NCBI RefSeq assembly: GCF_902713615.1
Contig: NC_052170.1
Location: forward strand, 12,696,744 to 12,760,743
Reading direction: 5' to 3'
DNA length: 64,000 bases
Origin: Scyliorhinus canicula
Lineage: Eukaryota
Made by a program: the position numbers and the translations under genes
Part shown: piece by piece, positions 24,715-37,570 of the stretch
How the letters are laid out: every line of letters starts with the position of its first letter
Numbering within the stretch: the stretch's first letter is position 1
The notes under the pieces: model-generated
The model's database searches: none
Seen by the model: the letters and a program-made list of their open reading frames with translations, nothing else
What the model was told of the DNA's origin: nothing

Positions 24715-24945
24715 TTTTTAAAAAATATATTTTAGAGTAACCAATTCCTCTTTTTTTTTCCAATTAAGGGGCAATTTAGCGTGGCCAATCCACCTACCCT
24801 GCACATCTTTGGGTTGTGGGGGTGAGACCCACGCAGACACGGGGAGAATGTGCAAACTCCACACGGGCAATAATCCAGGGCCGGGATCGAACCCGGGTGC
24901 TCAGCGGCGTGAGACAGTAGTGCTAACCACTGTGCCACCGTGCCG
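24715..24945 (-). mobile_element. Short A-tailed SINE with 13-bp or longer TSD
   Basis: CCTAATTAGTTAC (24697-24709 / 24946-24958). Confidence 0.9.
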
Positions 24946-25049
24946 CCTAATTAGTTACTAATATATGAGCTTATAGCCGGGGCCACAGTCGGAGCCAAGC
25001 TTCCGGCTCCACAAGTCCCCTAATTGTACAGGATGGGTGGAAGAGGGAA

Positions 25050-26270
25050 GGAAGAGTGATAGTGAGAGAGGATTCATTAGTGAGGGGAACAGACAAGCGT
25101 TTCTGCGGCTACAGGATGGTGTGTTTCCTCCCTGGGGCCAGGGTCAGGGATGTCGCTGATCGGATGTCAGTATCAGGCCCCCTCTCAATCTTCGCTGCTC
25201 CAAGAGAAACAGCCTCAAGCCGAACCAATCCCTCCTCATAGCTCATGGAAAAAAGGTGGAGGGCGATAGGTCAGAGGTCGTGGTACACGTTGGTGCCAAC
25301 GCGATAGGTAGAATGGACTCAGAACGCAAGGCAGCTGATTAAAAAGCAGGACCTCAAAGTTTGTTCTCTCTGGATTACTCCCAGTGCCACATGCTGGCGA
25401 GCACAGAAATAGCGGAAGAGGGGCAGATAAATGCATTGCTCAAGAGTTGGTGCAGGAGGAAGATTTATCGATTCCTGGATCATAGAACATAGAACAGTAC
25501 AGCACAGAACAGGCCCTCCGGCCCTCAATGTTGTGCCGAGCCATGATCACCCTACTCAAACCCACGTATCCACCCTATACCCGTAACCCAACAACCCCCC
25601 CTTAACCTTACATTTTAGGACACTACGGGCAATTTAGCATGGCCAATCCACCTAACCCGCACATCTTTGGACTGTGGGAGGAAACCGGAGCACCCGGAGG
25701 AAACCCACGCACACACGGGGAGGATGTGCAGACTCCACACAGACAGTGACCCAAGCCGGAATCGAACCTGGGACCCTGGAGCTGCGATTAAATAGAAATA
25801 GAACAGTACAGCACAGAACAGGCCCTTCGGCCCTCGATATTGTGCCGAGCAATGATCACCCTACTCAAACCCACGTATCCACCCTATACCCGTAACCCAA
25901 CAATCCCCCCCCCACCCTTAACCTTACTTTTAGGACACTACGGGCAATTTAGCATGGCCAATCCACCTAACCCGCACATCTTTGGACTGTGGGAGGAAAC
26001 CGGAGCACCCGGAGGAAACCCACGCACACACGGGGAGGACGTGCAGACTCCGCACAGACAGTGACCCAGCCGGGAACCGAACCTGGGACCCTGGAGCTGT
26101 GAAGCATTGATGCTAACCACCATGCTACCGTGCTGCCCGATTACTGCGATTGTTTCTGGGGAAGATGGGAGATGTACAAGCGGGACGGTCTGCACCTGAC
26201 CCAGAATGGGACCAACATCCTTGGGTTTGCTGGTGCTGTTTGGTGGAGTTCAAACTAGTTTGGCAGGGGA
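25050..26270 (+). mobile_element. CR1 ORF1 (SGNH/GDSL esterase-like) fragment interrupted by tandem SINEs
   Basis: DS.VRGTDKRFCG..MVCFLPGARVRDV, VVVHVGAN, DGLHL. Confidence 0.75.
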
Positions 26271-27870
26271 GGAGACACGGGCATTATCATAGATTATCAT
26301 AGAATTTACAGTGCAGAAGGTGGCCATTCGGCCCATCGAGTCTGCACCGGCTCTTGAAAAGAGCACCCTACCCAAAGTCAACACCTCCACCCTATCCCCA
26401 TAACCCAGTAACCCTACCCAAGGGCAATTTTGGACACTAAGGGCAATTTATCATGGCCAATCCACCTAACCTGCACATCTTTGGGCTGCGGGAGGAAACC
26501 AGAGCACCCGGAGGAAACCCACACACACACGGGGAGAACGTGCAGACGCCGCACAGACAGTGACCCAAGCCGGAATCGAACCTGGGACCCTGGAGCTGTG
26601 AAGCAATTGTACTATCCACAATACTACTGTGCTGCCCAAAAAGGACACAGTACACTACAGTAAAGGAACCAAGACAGAGGGAGTTCAGCCCTGTTGAGTT
26701 CCAAGGGAGTAAAGTGAAGCTGGATGGCCTCTAATTTAATGGTATGTATATTATAGGTCCATAGAATCCCTACAGTGCACAAGTAGGCCATTCGGCCCAT
26801 TGAGTCTGCACCAGCCTTGGAAAGAGCACTCTGTTTAAGCCCACGCGTCCACCCTATCCGCGTAACCCACCACCCCCAGTTAACCTTTTGGACACTAAGG
26901 GGCAGCCATTCCATCTAACCCGCACACCTTTGGACTTTGGGAAGAAACCGGAGCACCCGGAGGGAACCCAGGGAGACACGGGGAGAATGTGCAAATTCCA
27001 CACAGGCAGTGACCCAGGGCCGGGATCGAACTTGGGTCCTCAGCGCCGTGAGGCAGCGGTGCTAACCACTGCGCCAGTGTGCCACCCTGACAAGGGAGTA
27101 CTCGATGAATGGCAGGACACTAGGAAGTTCAGAGGAACAGCGGGATCTTGGGGTGCTTGTCCACAGATCCCTGAAGGCGGCAGGACAGATTAATAGCGTA
27201 GTTAAGAAAGCAGACGGGACACTTGCCTTTATCAGTCATGGCATAGAGCAGGGACGTTATGTTGGAGCTGTACAGGATCTTGGTTAGACCACAGCTGGAG
27301 TATTGTTCAGTTCTGGTCACCTCGCTTTAGGAAGGATGTGATTGCACTGGAGGGGGTGCAGAGGGGATTTATCAGGATGTTGCCTGGGATGGAACATTTG
27401 AGCGATGAAGAGAGACTGGTTAAGCTGGGGCTGTTTTCTTTAGAGCAGAGAAGACCGATGGGGGAATTTATTGAGTTGTGTAAGATTATGAGGGGTATGG
27501 ATAGCGTGGGATAGAAAGCAGCTGATCCTCTTACATAGAACATAGAACAGTACAGCACAGAACAGGCCCTTCGGCCCTCGATGTTGTGCCGAGCAATGAT
27601 CACCCTACTCAAACCCACGTATCCACCCTATACCCGTAACCCAACAACCCCCCCCTTAACCTTACTTTTATTAGGACACTACGGGCAATTTAGCCTGGCC
27701 AATCCACCTAACCCTCACATCTTTGGACTGTGGGAGGAAACCGGAGCACCCGGAGGAAACCCACGCACACAGGGGGAGGACGTGCAGACTCCACACAGAC
27801 AGTGACCCAGCCGGGAATCGAACCTGGGACCCTGGAGCTGTGAAGCATTTATGCTAACCACCATGCTAGT
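25482..27870 (-). mobile_element. Cluster of five same-orientation HE1-like SINEs (25482, 25795, 26290, 26760, 27537)
   Basis: Each has a tail, V-domain and head on the minus strand; the first two are head-to-tail. Confidence 0.88.
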
Positions 27871-28140
27871 TGAAGGGTCAATAACAAGGGGGCATAATTT
27901 TAAAGTGAGGGTCAGGAGGTTCGAGGGGATTTGAGGAAAGATGTTTCCACCCAGAGGGGTGCGGGAGTCTGGGACGTACTGCCCCCTGTCTGGGAGGGGA
28001 GTAGAGGCAGGAAACCTCACACCCGTTAAAAAGTACATGGATGACTTGAAATGTTCTAACCTTTAAGACTATTTGCTAGGAAGTGTTCGTCGGTGAAGAC
28101 TTGATGGGCTGAAGGACCTCTTTTGTGCTGTATGAATTTA
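27090..28140 (+). mobile_element. CR1 3' fragment (SINE inserted at 27537)
   Basis: QRDLGVLVHRSLK, VKKA.GTLAFI remnants and a 3' tail. Confidence 0.8.
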
Positions 28141-28207
28141 TGACTCAATGACTCTACTGCACAAGTCCATCAAAGTATTTTAATACTTTTCTCTTCTGTT
28201 GTTTAAG

Positions 28208-28507
28208 CTGTCTCAATTTCTGAGACTTGGTTCCTAACATCCCCGATGGAGGCGAACAAGCCGACGATTCTGCTCTTGAATGTGATCGGATTTTATCCAA
28301 ATAAGATTGAGGTGGATTGGCAGCTGGCTAAGAAACAGCTGCAAGGCAACCCTGTGTTATTGGCTAACCCTCATTGTGATGGAACCTTCAACGCTACGTC
28401 TATGATTGCATTTGTACCACAAGCAGACGATCACGATAAAACAGTTACTTGCCACATCACTCATGAATCTGCAAAGGTATCGATGACTCTAAGGCTCCAG
28501 GTTTTAT
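28208..28507 (+). CDS. IgSF receptor exon: C1-set Ig domain (B-strand Cys replaced by Leu)
   Basis: Acceptor ttctcttctgttgtttaag, donor T|GTAAGT at 28508; 300 nt, phase 1-1. Motifs GFYP, VDW, DGTF, VTCHITH are C1-set hallmarks. Confidence 0.87.
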
Positions 28508-28689
28508 GTAAGTGCTGCACAGATAGAACAACCAATTCTCCCTTCTTGGAGCTGACTCTTTGCTCGATACATAGGATCATAGAATCCCTAGAGTGCCGAA
28601 GGAGGCCATTCGGCCCATCGAGTCTCTGAAAGAGCACCCTACCTAGGTCCGCTCCGGCTTCCACTCCGCCCTATCCCATAACCGAACCT

Positions 28690-29870
28690 TTTTTTAAAAA
28701 ACTATTTTATTGAGTCATTTATATGTATACACATCAAACACAACCATAAAACAAGACAAACAGGGCTGCAAATAATCAAAACCACTAAAATACCTAACAC
28801 CCCACTATCCTGTCTCCCACACTGCAGCTCCTCTACCTCATTTTTAATCCCCCTACCCACTGCGGACATCTTAAAAGTTTTCAAAGAAGTCGATGAGCGG
28901 CCGCCATCTCCGGTCAAACCCCTTCACAGACCCTCTCAAGGCAAACTTTATCTTTTCCAGCCTGAGGAACTCTGCCCGGTCGCTCACCCAAACTCCTGGT
29001 TTTGGAGGCCCCGAGTCCCGCCATTCCAATAAGATCCGTCTCCGGGCTACCGGGGAGGCAAAGGCCAAGACCACCGGCCTCCCTCGACCCCTGGACTCCC
29101 GGGTCTTCTGACGCTCCAAAGATCGCCATTTCGGGACTCGGGACCACCTTCACCTTCAAGACCTCCGACATAACGTCGGCAAAGCCCTGCCAGAATGCCC
29201 CAACCTTTGGACACGCCCAAAACATATGGACATGATTCGCGGGCCCACCAGAGCACCGACGACACCTATCCTCCACCCCTTCAAAAAACCTGCTCACCCG
29301 GCCCACAGTCACGTGCACCGCCTTTAACTGAATACGGCTGAGCCTAGCACACAATGAGGATGCCTTCACCCTCGTCAAAACCTCTTCCAATGGGCAGCAC
29401 GGTGGCGCAGTGGTTAGCACTGCTGCCTCACGGCGCCGAGGTCCCAGGTTCGATCCCGGCTCTGGGTCACTGTCCGTGTGGAGTTTGCACATTCTCCCCG
29501 TGTCTGCGTGGGTTTCACCCCCACAACCCAAAGTTGTGCAGGCTAGGTGGATTGGCCACGCTAAATTGCCCCTTCATTGGAAAAATTAATTGGGTGCTCT
29601 AAAAAATTTTTTAAAAACCTCCTCCCACAGCCCAGCCTCCACCTCCCTCCCCAACTCTTCCTCCCACGTACGCCTCACTACCTCTATCGGGGCTCCCTCC
29701 CAGTCCATCAATTCCTTATATATTTCCGACATTTTACCCTCAGCTTCTCCGGTTATTGACACCATCTTGTCCTGTAGCCTCTGGGGTGGCAGGTGGGGCA
29801 AGGACGGCACCTGCTTACTTACAAAATCCCTCACCTGTAAATACCGGAACCCATTCCCAGCGGGCAACTC
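28690..29870 (-). mobile_element. L1-clade LINE 3' fragment (SINE inserted at 29392)
   Basis: FRYLQVRDFV, CSGGPANHVHMFWACPK, LEKIKFALRGSV..F.RRWRP. Confidence 0.82.
29392..29612 (+). mobile_element. Short A-tailed SINE inside an L1 fragment
   Basis: Imperfect TSD AAAACCTC(T/C)TCC. Confidence 0.88.
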
Positions 29871-29879
29871 AAATTCCTA

Positions 29880-30105
29880 TCCCGGAACCTAACCTGCACA
29901 TCCCTGCACACTAAGGCAAATTTATCACGGCCAATCCGCCAAACCCTCACATCTTTGGACGGTGGGAGGAAACCGGAGCACCCGGAAGAAACCCACGCAG
30001 ACATGGGGAGAAAGTGCAAACTCCGCACAGTGACCCAAAGCCGGAATTGAACCTGGGTCCCTGGTGCTGTGAGGCAGCAGTGCTAACCACTGTGCCATCA
30101 TGCCA
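29880..30105 (-). mobile_element. HE1-like SINE (older)
   Basis: Head and V-domain. Confidence 0.8.
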
Positions 30106-30249
30106 CCAATTAGCCCTGGCACGCACCAAATATTTTCTTGAGTCTTTATCATGTCGTGAGTTCTTGCGATCTGGAATGCGTCACCTGAAGGGGCGATGGA
30201 AGCAGATTCAATCCTATCTTTCAGGAGGGAGTTAGTTATGGACTTGAAA

Positions 30250-30473
30250 GGGCAGCACGGTGGCGCAGTGGGTTAGCACTGCTGCCTCACGGCGCCGAGG
30301 TCCCAGGTTCGATCCCGGCTCTGGGTCACTGTCCGTGTGGAGTTTGCACATTCTCCCCGTGCCTGCGTGGGTTTCGCCCCCACAACCCAAAGATGTGCAG
30401 GCTGGGTGGATTGGCCAAGCTAAATTGTCCCTTAATTGGAAAAAATTAATTGGGTACTCTAAATTTAAAAAAA
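30250..30473 (+). mobile_element. Short A-tailed SINE with 16-bp TSD
   Basis: AGTTATGGACTTGAAA (30234-30249 / 30474-30489). Confidence 0.93.
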
Positions 30474-31236
30474 AGTTATGGACTTGAAAACTACCAGCCC
30501 TGTGGGAGAACCAACAAGCACCTGGATTGCATCTCCATCTCTCATTGCCACTTTTCTAAGGGCAATTAAGGATGGGCGATAAACTTTGGCTTTGGCAGTG
30601 ATGCCCACTTCCCATTAAAAAAATATTTTGAAAAGAATTTTCTGGGGGAAGAGAAGGTGAAGGGGGAGTGAAACCGATTGGATGGCTCTGCCAAAGAGCC
30701 ATCCTATGCGTGATGGCCCGAATAGCCTCTTGTACTGATCCGTGACCTTCCCCGAGTGGCCAATCTTTACCTGAGGACAGTGAGCTATCCAACAGTGGGG
30801 AGGGGGGAATAACATCGCCAAGTCCAATCCTACTTTGGAAGCTGGGATTCCTGGATAATGACCTAGGACCTCGGCTGATTCTTCCCTTTCCTAGCTAAGC
30901 GGCACTGAGGCCAACTCCAGCACCATTCATGCTGCCCTCGCTAGGATTGCCTCACTCAGCACCGAGTTGACATCAGGCGGACAAGGTCCTTTTGGTCCGT
31001 TTGGCTCGTTACCAGGCTGAGGAATGATTCTGCCACCAGACTAGAGAAAAGTTACTGATAGCCACTGCTTTAATCAGGAGGTGGGCCCTTCCAGTCTCCC
31101 TGGACAGGCGCCGGAATGTGGCGACTAGGGGCTTTTCACAGCAACTTCATTGAAGCCTACTCGTGACAATAAGCGATTTTCATTTCATTTTCATTTCATT
31201 TCCTCAACCTTTTCTTCCAATGCTGTTTCCTGACAG

Positions 31237-31512
31237 ACGCTCCTCTACCTCTCACGGTGCAACCGCAGGAGGACTTTGCGAAGATGGAAGGTGACCTGCT
31301 CGAGCTGCGATGTATATCCAAAAGCAACCCTGTTGCTAAAATGTCTTGGATCCTCAATGGAAAAGTTTTGCTGGCCAAGACAACAACTCATTTGAGGATC
31401 AGAGTGGTGAACGTTTCACTCAGTGACCAAGGGAATTACAGCTGTTCTGCGGAGAACAGTCTGGGAACAAGAACTTCATCGGTGGCGGTCAACGTGATTG
31501 GCCTGCAACCCG
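31237..31512 (+). CDS. IgSF receptor exon: C2/I-set Ig domain
   Basis: Acceptor ctgtttcctgacag; splicing to the C1 exon creates the linker VL-Y-AP. Motifs LRC, SNP, SW, DQGNYSCSAENSLG. Phase-1 donor taken as G|GTTTGT at 31513, so the 3' end is less certain. Confidence 0.82.
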
Positions 31513-31875
31513 GTTTGTATCTATTGGCTTTGCACCGAAGACATCTCAGGTTTATCATATAACCCTACAATACGGAAAGAGGCTATTTGGCCTCATGTCG
31601 TTGCACTGCCTCCCTGAAAGAGCTACCAATTAGTTTCCTCCCATTCACTTCTCCCAACGCCCAGAATCGGACACAATTTTATTTTTTCCCATTTATATTT
31701 CTTTTCGATTGCCTCCTCCCAGAAGCGAGATTTATTTAACAGGTAACAGTGCTGGACACCCTCTGGCACCTCAGTCGGGCGGTAGTGGTAGCACAGTGGT
31801 TAGCATTGTTGCTTCACAGCACCAGGTACCTGAGTTTGATTCCGGCTTGGGTCACTGACTGTGCGGACCCTGCAC

Positions 31876-31906
<31 letters not shown>

Positions 31907-31924
31907 GTGGGTTTCCTCCGGGTG

Positions 31925-32760
31925 AACAAAGAACAAAGAAAAGTACAGCACAGGAACAGGCCCAACGGCCCTCCAAGCCTGTGCCAACCATGCTACCCGA
32001 CTAAGCTACAATCTTCTACACTTCCGGTGTCTGTATCCCTCTATTCCCGTCCTATTCATGTATTTGTCAAGATGCCCCTTAAATGTCACTATTGTCCCTG
32101 CTTCCACTACCTCCTCCGGCAGCGAGTTCCAGGCACCCACTACCCTCTGTGTAAAAAACTTGCCTCGTACATCTCCTTCTCCACCTGTGTTGCCCCTTTC
32201 AGTGACCTGTGGACCTGTACACCTAGATCTCTCTGACTGTCAATACTCTTGAGGGTTCTACCATTTACTGTATATTCCCTACCTGCATTAGACCTTCCAA
32301 AATGTATTACCTCACATTTGTCCGGATTAAACTTCATCTGCCATCTCTCTGCCCAAGACTCCAAACAATCTAATTCCTGCTGTATCCTCTGACAGTCCTC
32401 ATCGCTATCCACAATTCCACCAACCTTTGTGTCATCTGCAAACTTACTAATCAGACCAGTTACATGCTCCTCCAAATCATTTATATATACTACGAACAGC
32501 AAAGGTCCCAGCACTGATCCCTGCGGAACACCACTAGTCACAGCCCTCCAATTAGAAAAGCACCTTCCATTGCTACTCTCTGCCTTCTATGACCTAGCCA
32601 GTTCTGTATCCATCTTGCCAACTCACCCCTGATCCTGTTTGACTTCACCCTTTGTATCAGTCTGCCATGAGGGACCTTGTTAAAGGCCTTACTGAAGTCC
32701 ATATAGACAACATCCACTGCCCTACCTGCATCAATCATCTTTGTGACCTCCTCGAAAAAA
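31925..32760 (-). mobile_element. CR1 RT fragment with 3' tail (internally deleted)
   Basis: VDVVYMDFSKAF.KVPH, SGVPQGSVLGPLLF, KFADDTK. Confidence 0.92.
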
Positions 32761-33454
32761 AACAAAAAAACGGGTGCTCCGGCTTCCTCCCACAAGTCCC
32801 GATAGACGTGCTGTTAGGTGAATTGGACATTCTGTATTCTCCCTCAACGTACCCGAACAGGCGCTGGAGTGTGGCAACTCGGGGATTTTCACAGTTACTT
32901 CATTGCTGTGTTAATGTAGGCCTACTTGTGCCAATAATATAAATTATTAGAATAATGGAATTCAGGTCTTATCAGTGCTTCCAGGAGAAAAGAGAAACAA
33001 ATTGGTTTCAGAAGTGACTTGATAAGTCTGCATGTTGAAAGCGTTAGACGAAGGGAGCTGGAGCGAGGCTTGTGCGACACGTAAACGCCTGTAATTAATT
33101 TGTAATACGTGGAATAGAAAAGAAAGGACAAAGGAGTTGCTTTCATGTCGGATCTCTCACTACCTAAAGCACTTCAAGGTCGAACAATAGTGTTGTAAAG
33201 TGGAGAACGCAGGAGCCAATTTGCGCACAGCAGTTCTCACTGACAGCAATGTGATAAATGACCCAGATGCCCTGTTTTGGTGATGTTGACTGAGGGGTAA
33301 ACATTTGCGAGGACATAGAACATAGAACATAGAACAGTACAGCACAGAACAGGCCCTTCAGCCCTCGATGTTGTGCCGAGCTTTGTCCGAAACCAAGATC
33401 GAGCTATCCCACTCATATCCCTGTCATAGGTGTGGAATGTGTTTAATAATAATA

Positions 33455-33800
33455 TTTTATTAAGGTATTTGAAATGTTTTATAACAGTAACATAAACAAT
33501 AACATCAACATGGTAAAATAAATATTCCCCCCCCCAGCCCAATCTTCACGCACCTCAACCGTACAACAACAATCCCCCCTCCCACCCCCGGAATACTGGA
33601 TCTGCTGACATTTTAATTTTTCCCGAGGAAGCTGACGAACGGCTGTCACCTCCGGGAGAACCCGACCATTGACCCTCTTGAGGCAAACTTTATTTTCTCG
33701 AGGCTGAGGAACCCAGCCATGTCACTAACCCAGGTCTCCACACTCGGGGCTTCGAGTCCCTCCACATTAATAAGATCCGTCTCCGGCTTAGCAGGGATGC
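33455..33800 (-). mobile_element. L1-clade LINE 3' end
   Basis: Homologous to the 21670 and 28690 copies; AATAAA end. Confidence 0.7.
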
Positions 33801-34009
33801 AAAGGCCAAGACGTCAGGGAATCATCCCCAGCTCTTCCTCAAAGTCTTGCCGTGAGATCTTTTATGTCCTCCCTGAGGGAGCAAACGGAGCCTCGGTTTA
33901 ACATGTCATTCAATCAGACGACATCTCCCACAGTGCAGCGTTTCCGCCTGCCCCGCACGGGGGTGTCCACATCGTTTCCTTTTGCTGCTCAAGATCCTGG
34001 AGTGAGTCT

Positions 34010-34385
34010 TGAACCTTCAACCTTGTGACCCAGAAGTGAAACGGAGCTTTCGCTGACAGGGTTGAATGACAAACCCCCTGTGGTAGGGGCGGGATGCTTT
34101 CACCAGGCGCGCGCGATCTGGCCGGTAGAAGTGCGGCTTGCACTCCGCACAGACCTGGCAGTCTCTGGTGACTGTCATTACTTCCTCGACGGAGTAGGGC
34201 AGATTGCGGGCTTTGACCAGATGGTACAAGCGAGTGACCCCCGGATGGCAAAGGCTCTCGTGCAAGGCACGGAGCTGGTTCACTTGTGCACTGGCACATG
34301 TACCTCGGGAGAGGGCGTCTGGGGGCTCGTTGAGCTTGCCGGGGCGATACAAGATCTCGTAATTATAGGCGGAGAGCTCGATTCT
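34010..34385 (-). mobile_element. Gypsy pol fragment (RNase H end and integrase zinc finger)
   Basis: RWRIELSAYNYEILYRPGKLNEPPDALSR, then H..CHPG...CQVC. Confidence 0.88.
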
Positions 34386-34774
34386 CCACCGCAAGATTTT
34401 TTCATTCTTGATTGCGCTACACCCCGGTACCAGCCTCCCCGAACAGGCGCCGGAATGTGGCGACTAGGGGCTTTTCACAGTAACTTCACTGAAGCCTACT
34501 TGTGGCAGTAAGTGATTTTCTTTTCATTTCATTTCAAACTATGCAGTGAAGAAGCAGGCCATTCGGCCCAGCTGGTCTGTGATAACCCTCACAAAGCCCA
34601 CAGGGGATCCGTCGATTGATCTCCTGATGGGGCTCGTGCAGGACGAGTGCTCAGATTGAGCAGGAGCAAGCCGGTCCAACAGGGGCTCACTAGCGGGAAA
34701 TTAAGCACTGTGACCCAGACTCGGACTGGCAGTTCCCAATGGTCCGGGGCTGGGGCAAGAGCATTGTCCCAGGA

Positions 34775-35100
34775 CAACACGGTGGCACAGTGCTTAGCAT
34801 CGCTGCCTCACTGCGCCAGGGACCCGGGTTCGATTCCGGCCTTGGGTGACTGTCTACGTGGAGTTTATACATTCTCCCCGTGTCTGCGTGGGTTTGCTCC
34901 GGGTGCTCCGGTTTCCTCCCACAGTCCAAAGATGCGCAGGTTAGGTGGATTGGTCACAATAAAATTGATCTGTAGGTTAGGTGGGGTTACGGGGGTAGAG
35001 TGGGGGAGTGGGCAAAGGTCTAGGTAGGGTGCTCTTTCAGAGGGTGAGCAGACTCGAAGGGCTGAATGGCCTCCTTCTATACTGTAGGGATTCTATGGTT
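34775..35100 (+). mobile_element. HE1-like SINE
   Basis: Head, V-domain, tail GGGATTCTATG. Confidence 0.85.
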
Positions 35101-35369
35101 CCACGGTTGTAAGCTGTGGCTTTATTCATGGAAAGGCCTGCACTGCAGTTGTTACATGGCCAATGCTAGTGTTTAATGAGTCTCGTTCCACCCCACTTCA
35201 CCCCACCGCTATCAAAATATCCTGATCCCTTCTTCCTCGTGAGTTTATCCAGTTCCCCCTTAAGCGCGTTGGTGCTTCACGTCTCACCCACTTCCCCTGG
35301 TAGCAAGTTCCACATTCTAACCACTCTCCAAGTGCAGAGGTTCCTCCTGAATTCCTGTTTGTGCTGCAG

Positions 35370-35461
35370 GTGCGACTGATGAACAAACGTGGCTCGCCGC
35401 TGGTATCAGCATCGGTGTGGTGCTCCTCCTAATCATTGTGACATCCGTTGCCGCGTACGCT
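35370..35461 (+). CDS. IgSF receptor exon: transmembrane segment
   Basis: Acceptor cctgtttgtgctgcag, donor GCT|GTAAGT; phase 1-0; encodes (G)ATDEQTWLAAGISIGVVLLLIIVTSVAAYA, hydrophobic with no charged residue in the helix. Confidence 0.82.
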
Positions 35462-36519
35462 GTAAGTACCTTTCTGACCACCATCAGCCCCCGCCCGGTG
35501 TGTGGCGTCAACTTGCTTCTGAAGTGACTTCACCTTTCTCGGCAAGTCCCACAAGCAGCGGACGGCAACAATATTCGGGCAGGCGCTGCGGAGAAAACGG
35601 TAAAAATGGGGGAGGGGGGGGAAGAATACTGGTCTGAACTGGTCTTGTATACCTCACAAGATGGAACACCAGTAAAGAGCAGGAGGTTAGAATACTGGTC
35701 TGAACTGGCCGCATGCACCTCAAAGTGGAACACTGGTCTTAGAATGCGAGTCTCAACTGGTTCCGTATTCCTTAAAAAGGAACGTCAGTAAAAACTGGGT
35801 CATAAGAATATTGGGTTTGAACTGTTTCCGACTGGGCCTTAAGCAGGTCAGGCAGCAGCTGCGCAGGAACAGAATCAGGCGCTTGACGCTTAAGGCCCTC
35901 AGACTATTGTCCCGCGGCCTGAAACCTTGGCCGGCTGACATCTTGTTGCTCTGCAGGCCTGACTCCTGAGCATCTGTTTACAATGAGGTCGGCCAGATCT
36001 GTCAATCGCGGTTGACCCTATTTCATTTTTTTTCAGTTCGTAAGAAAGCGTAGACTGGCAGGGCGGCAGGCGGAAGAACCAGTATACGTGGTGAGTGTGA
36101 ATGAGGGAACGCAAAGCTCATCTGGGACCTCCAGACATGACTTGCAATCAGAGACATTCTGTTAATCGCCCCTTTGACTGTCCGTGCTGTAATCCTGGGA
36201 CCAACATGGCGATGACCCGCTCCAAGTGAAAGACTTCACTGAGTCCTTGTTGGTTTGTTTTCCAGACCCTGTCCTTCTCCCCGGATTCAGCCAATCCGTT
36301 TGCAACCTTGGTGTCGCGTTCAACCCCATGATGGACGCCTAGCCTCATCGCCTGCTCGGCTGCTGCCTCTGTTGGGCTCGATTATTCCAACCCACTCTTG
36401 GCTGGTCTCCCACATTCTAACCTCTGTAAACTGGAGATCACCCAAACCTCTGCTGCCGGTGTCTTACCACGCTGCAAATCCCGTTCCCCTGTCACCCCTG
36501 AGCTCGCAGAACCATGGGG

Positions 36520-36830
36520 TGGCACAGTGGTTAGCACTGCTGCATCACGGCGCGGAGACCCGGGTTCGATTCTGGCCTCGGGCGAATGTCAGTGTGGAGC
36601 CTGCACGTTCTCCCCGTGTCTGCGTGGGGCTTTCCTCTGAGTGCTCCAGTTTCCTCCCACAGTCCAAGGATATGCGGGTTAGGTGGATTGGCCACGCTGA
36701 ATTGCCCCTTAAGTTGTGTTGCAGGAATAGGGCGGGGGATTTGGCCAACGTAGGGTGATCTTTCGAAGAGGCGGTGCAGACTCGATGGGCCAAATTACCT
36801 CCTTCTCCATTGTAGGGATTCGATGATTCT
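36520..36830 (+). mobile_element. HE1-like SINE (diverged)
   Basis: Head, V-domain, tail. Confidence 0.8.
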
Positions 36831-37119
36831 ATTCTGACTCCTGGTTTAAAGATTTGCATTTTGGTTTTCAAATCCCTTCCTACTCTCGCCCTTCCCCCCC
36901 CCCCCCCCCTCCTTGATCTCCTCCAGCCCCATAACCCTCCAAGACAATTGTGCACCTCTAATTCTGGCCTCTCACGCATTCCCAATTTTGCTGGGTTTTA
37001 TCCTCCGTTTACTCCCTCTCAAACCCGTCGATGGTTGCTGAGGTGCAGTTGCACAGCTGGTTGCCCTGGTACCTCAACCAATTGGCCGCACTTCATGTGA
37101 TAACCAAGAGAGTGCATGT

Positions 37120-37570
37120 TAGAACATAGAACATAGAACATTACAGCGCAGTACAGGCCCTTCGGCCCTCAATGTTGTGCCGTCCTGTGAAACCCCTCTC
37201 AAGCCCATCTACACTAGTCCCTTATCGTCCATATGTCTATCCAATGACCATTTGAATGCGTTTAGTGTTGGCGAGTCCACTACTATTGCAGGCAGGGCAT
37301 TCCACGCCCTTACTACTCTCTGAGTAAAGAACCTACCTCTGACATCTGTCCTATATCTATCTTCCATCAATTTAAAGCTATGTCCCCTCGTGCTGGACAC
37401 CACCATCCGAGGAATAAGGCTCTCACTGTCCACCCTATCTAATCCTCTGATCATCTTGTATGCCTCAATTAAGTCACCTCTTAACCATCTTCTCTCGAAC
37501 GAAAACAGCCTCAAGTCCCTCAGCCTTTCCTCATAAGATCTTCCCTCCATACCAGGCAACATCCTGGTAA
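37120..37570 (-). mobile_element. CR1 3' end with (TTCTATG)n-type tail
   Basis: FTRMLPG..SYEERL..L.LFS, FFTQRVVRAWNALP. Confidence 0.9.

Noticed and set aside
31877-31906. Long poly-C/poly-G runs (also ~5199, 48233, 50600, 52015, 55812) as G-quadruplex elements
   Set aside because: They are expansions inside repeats, and homopolymer lengths are unreliable in assemblies; there is no positional argument for function.
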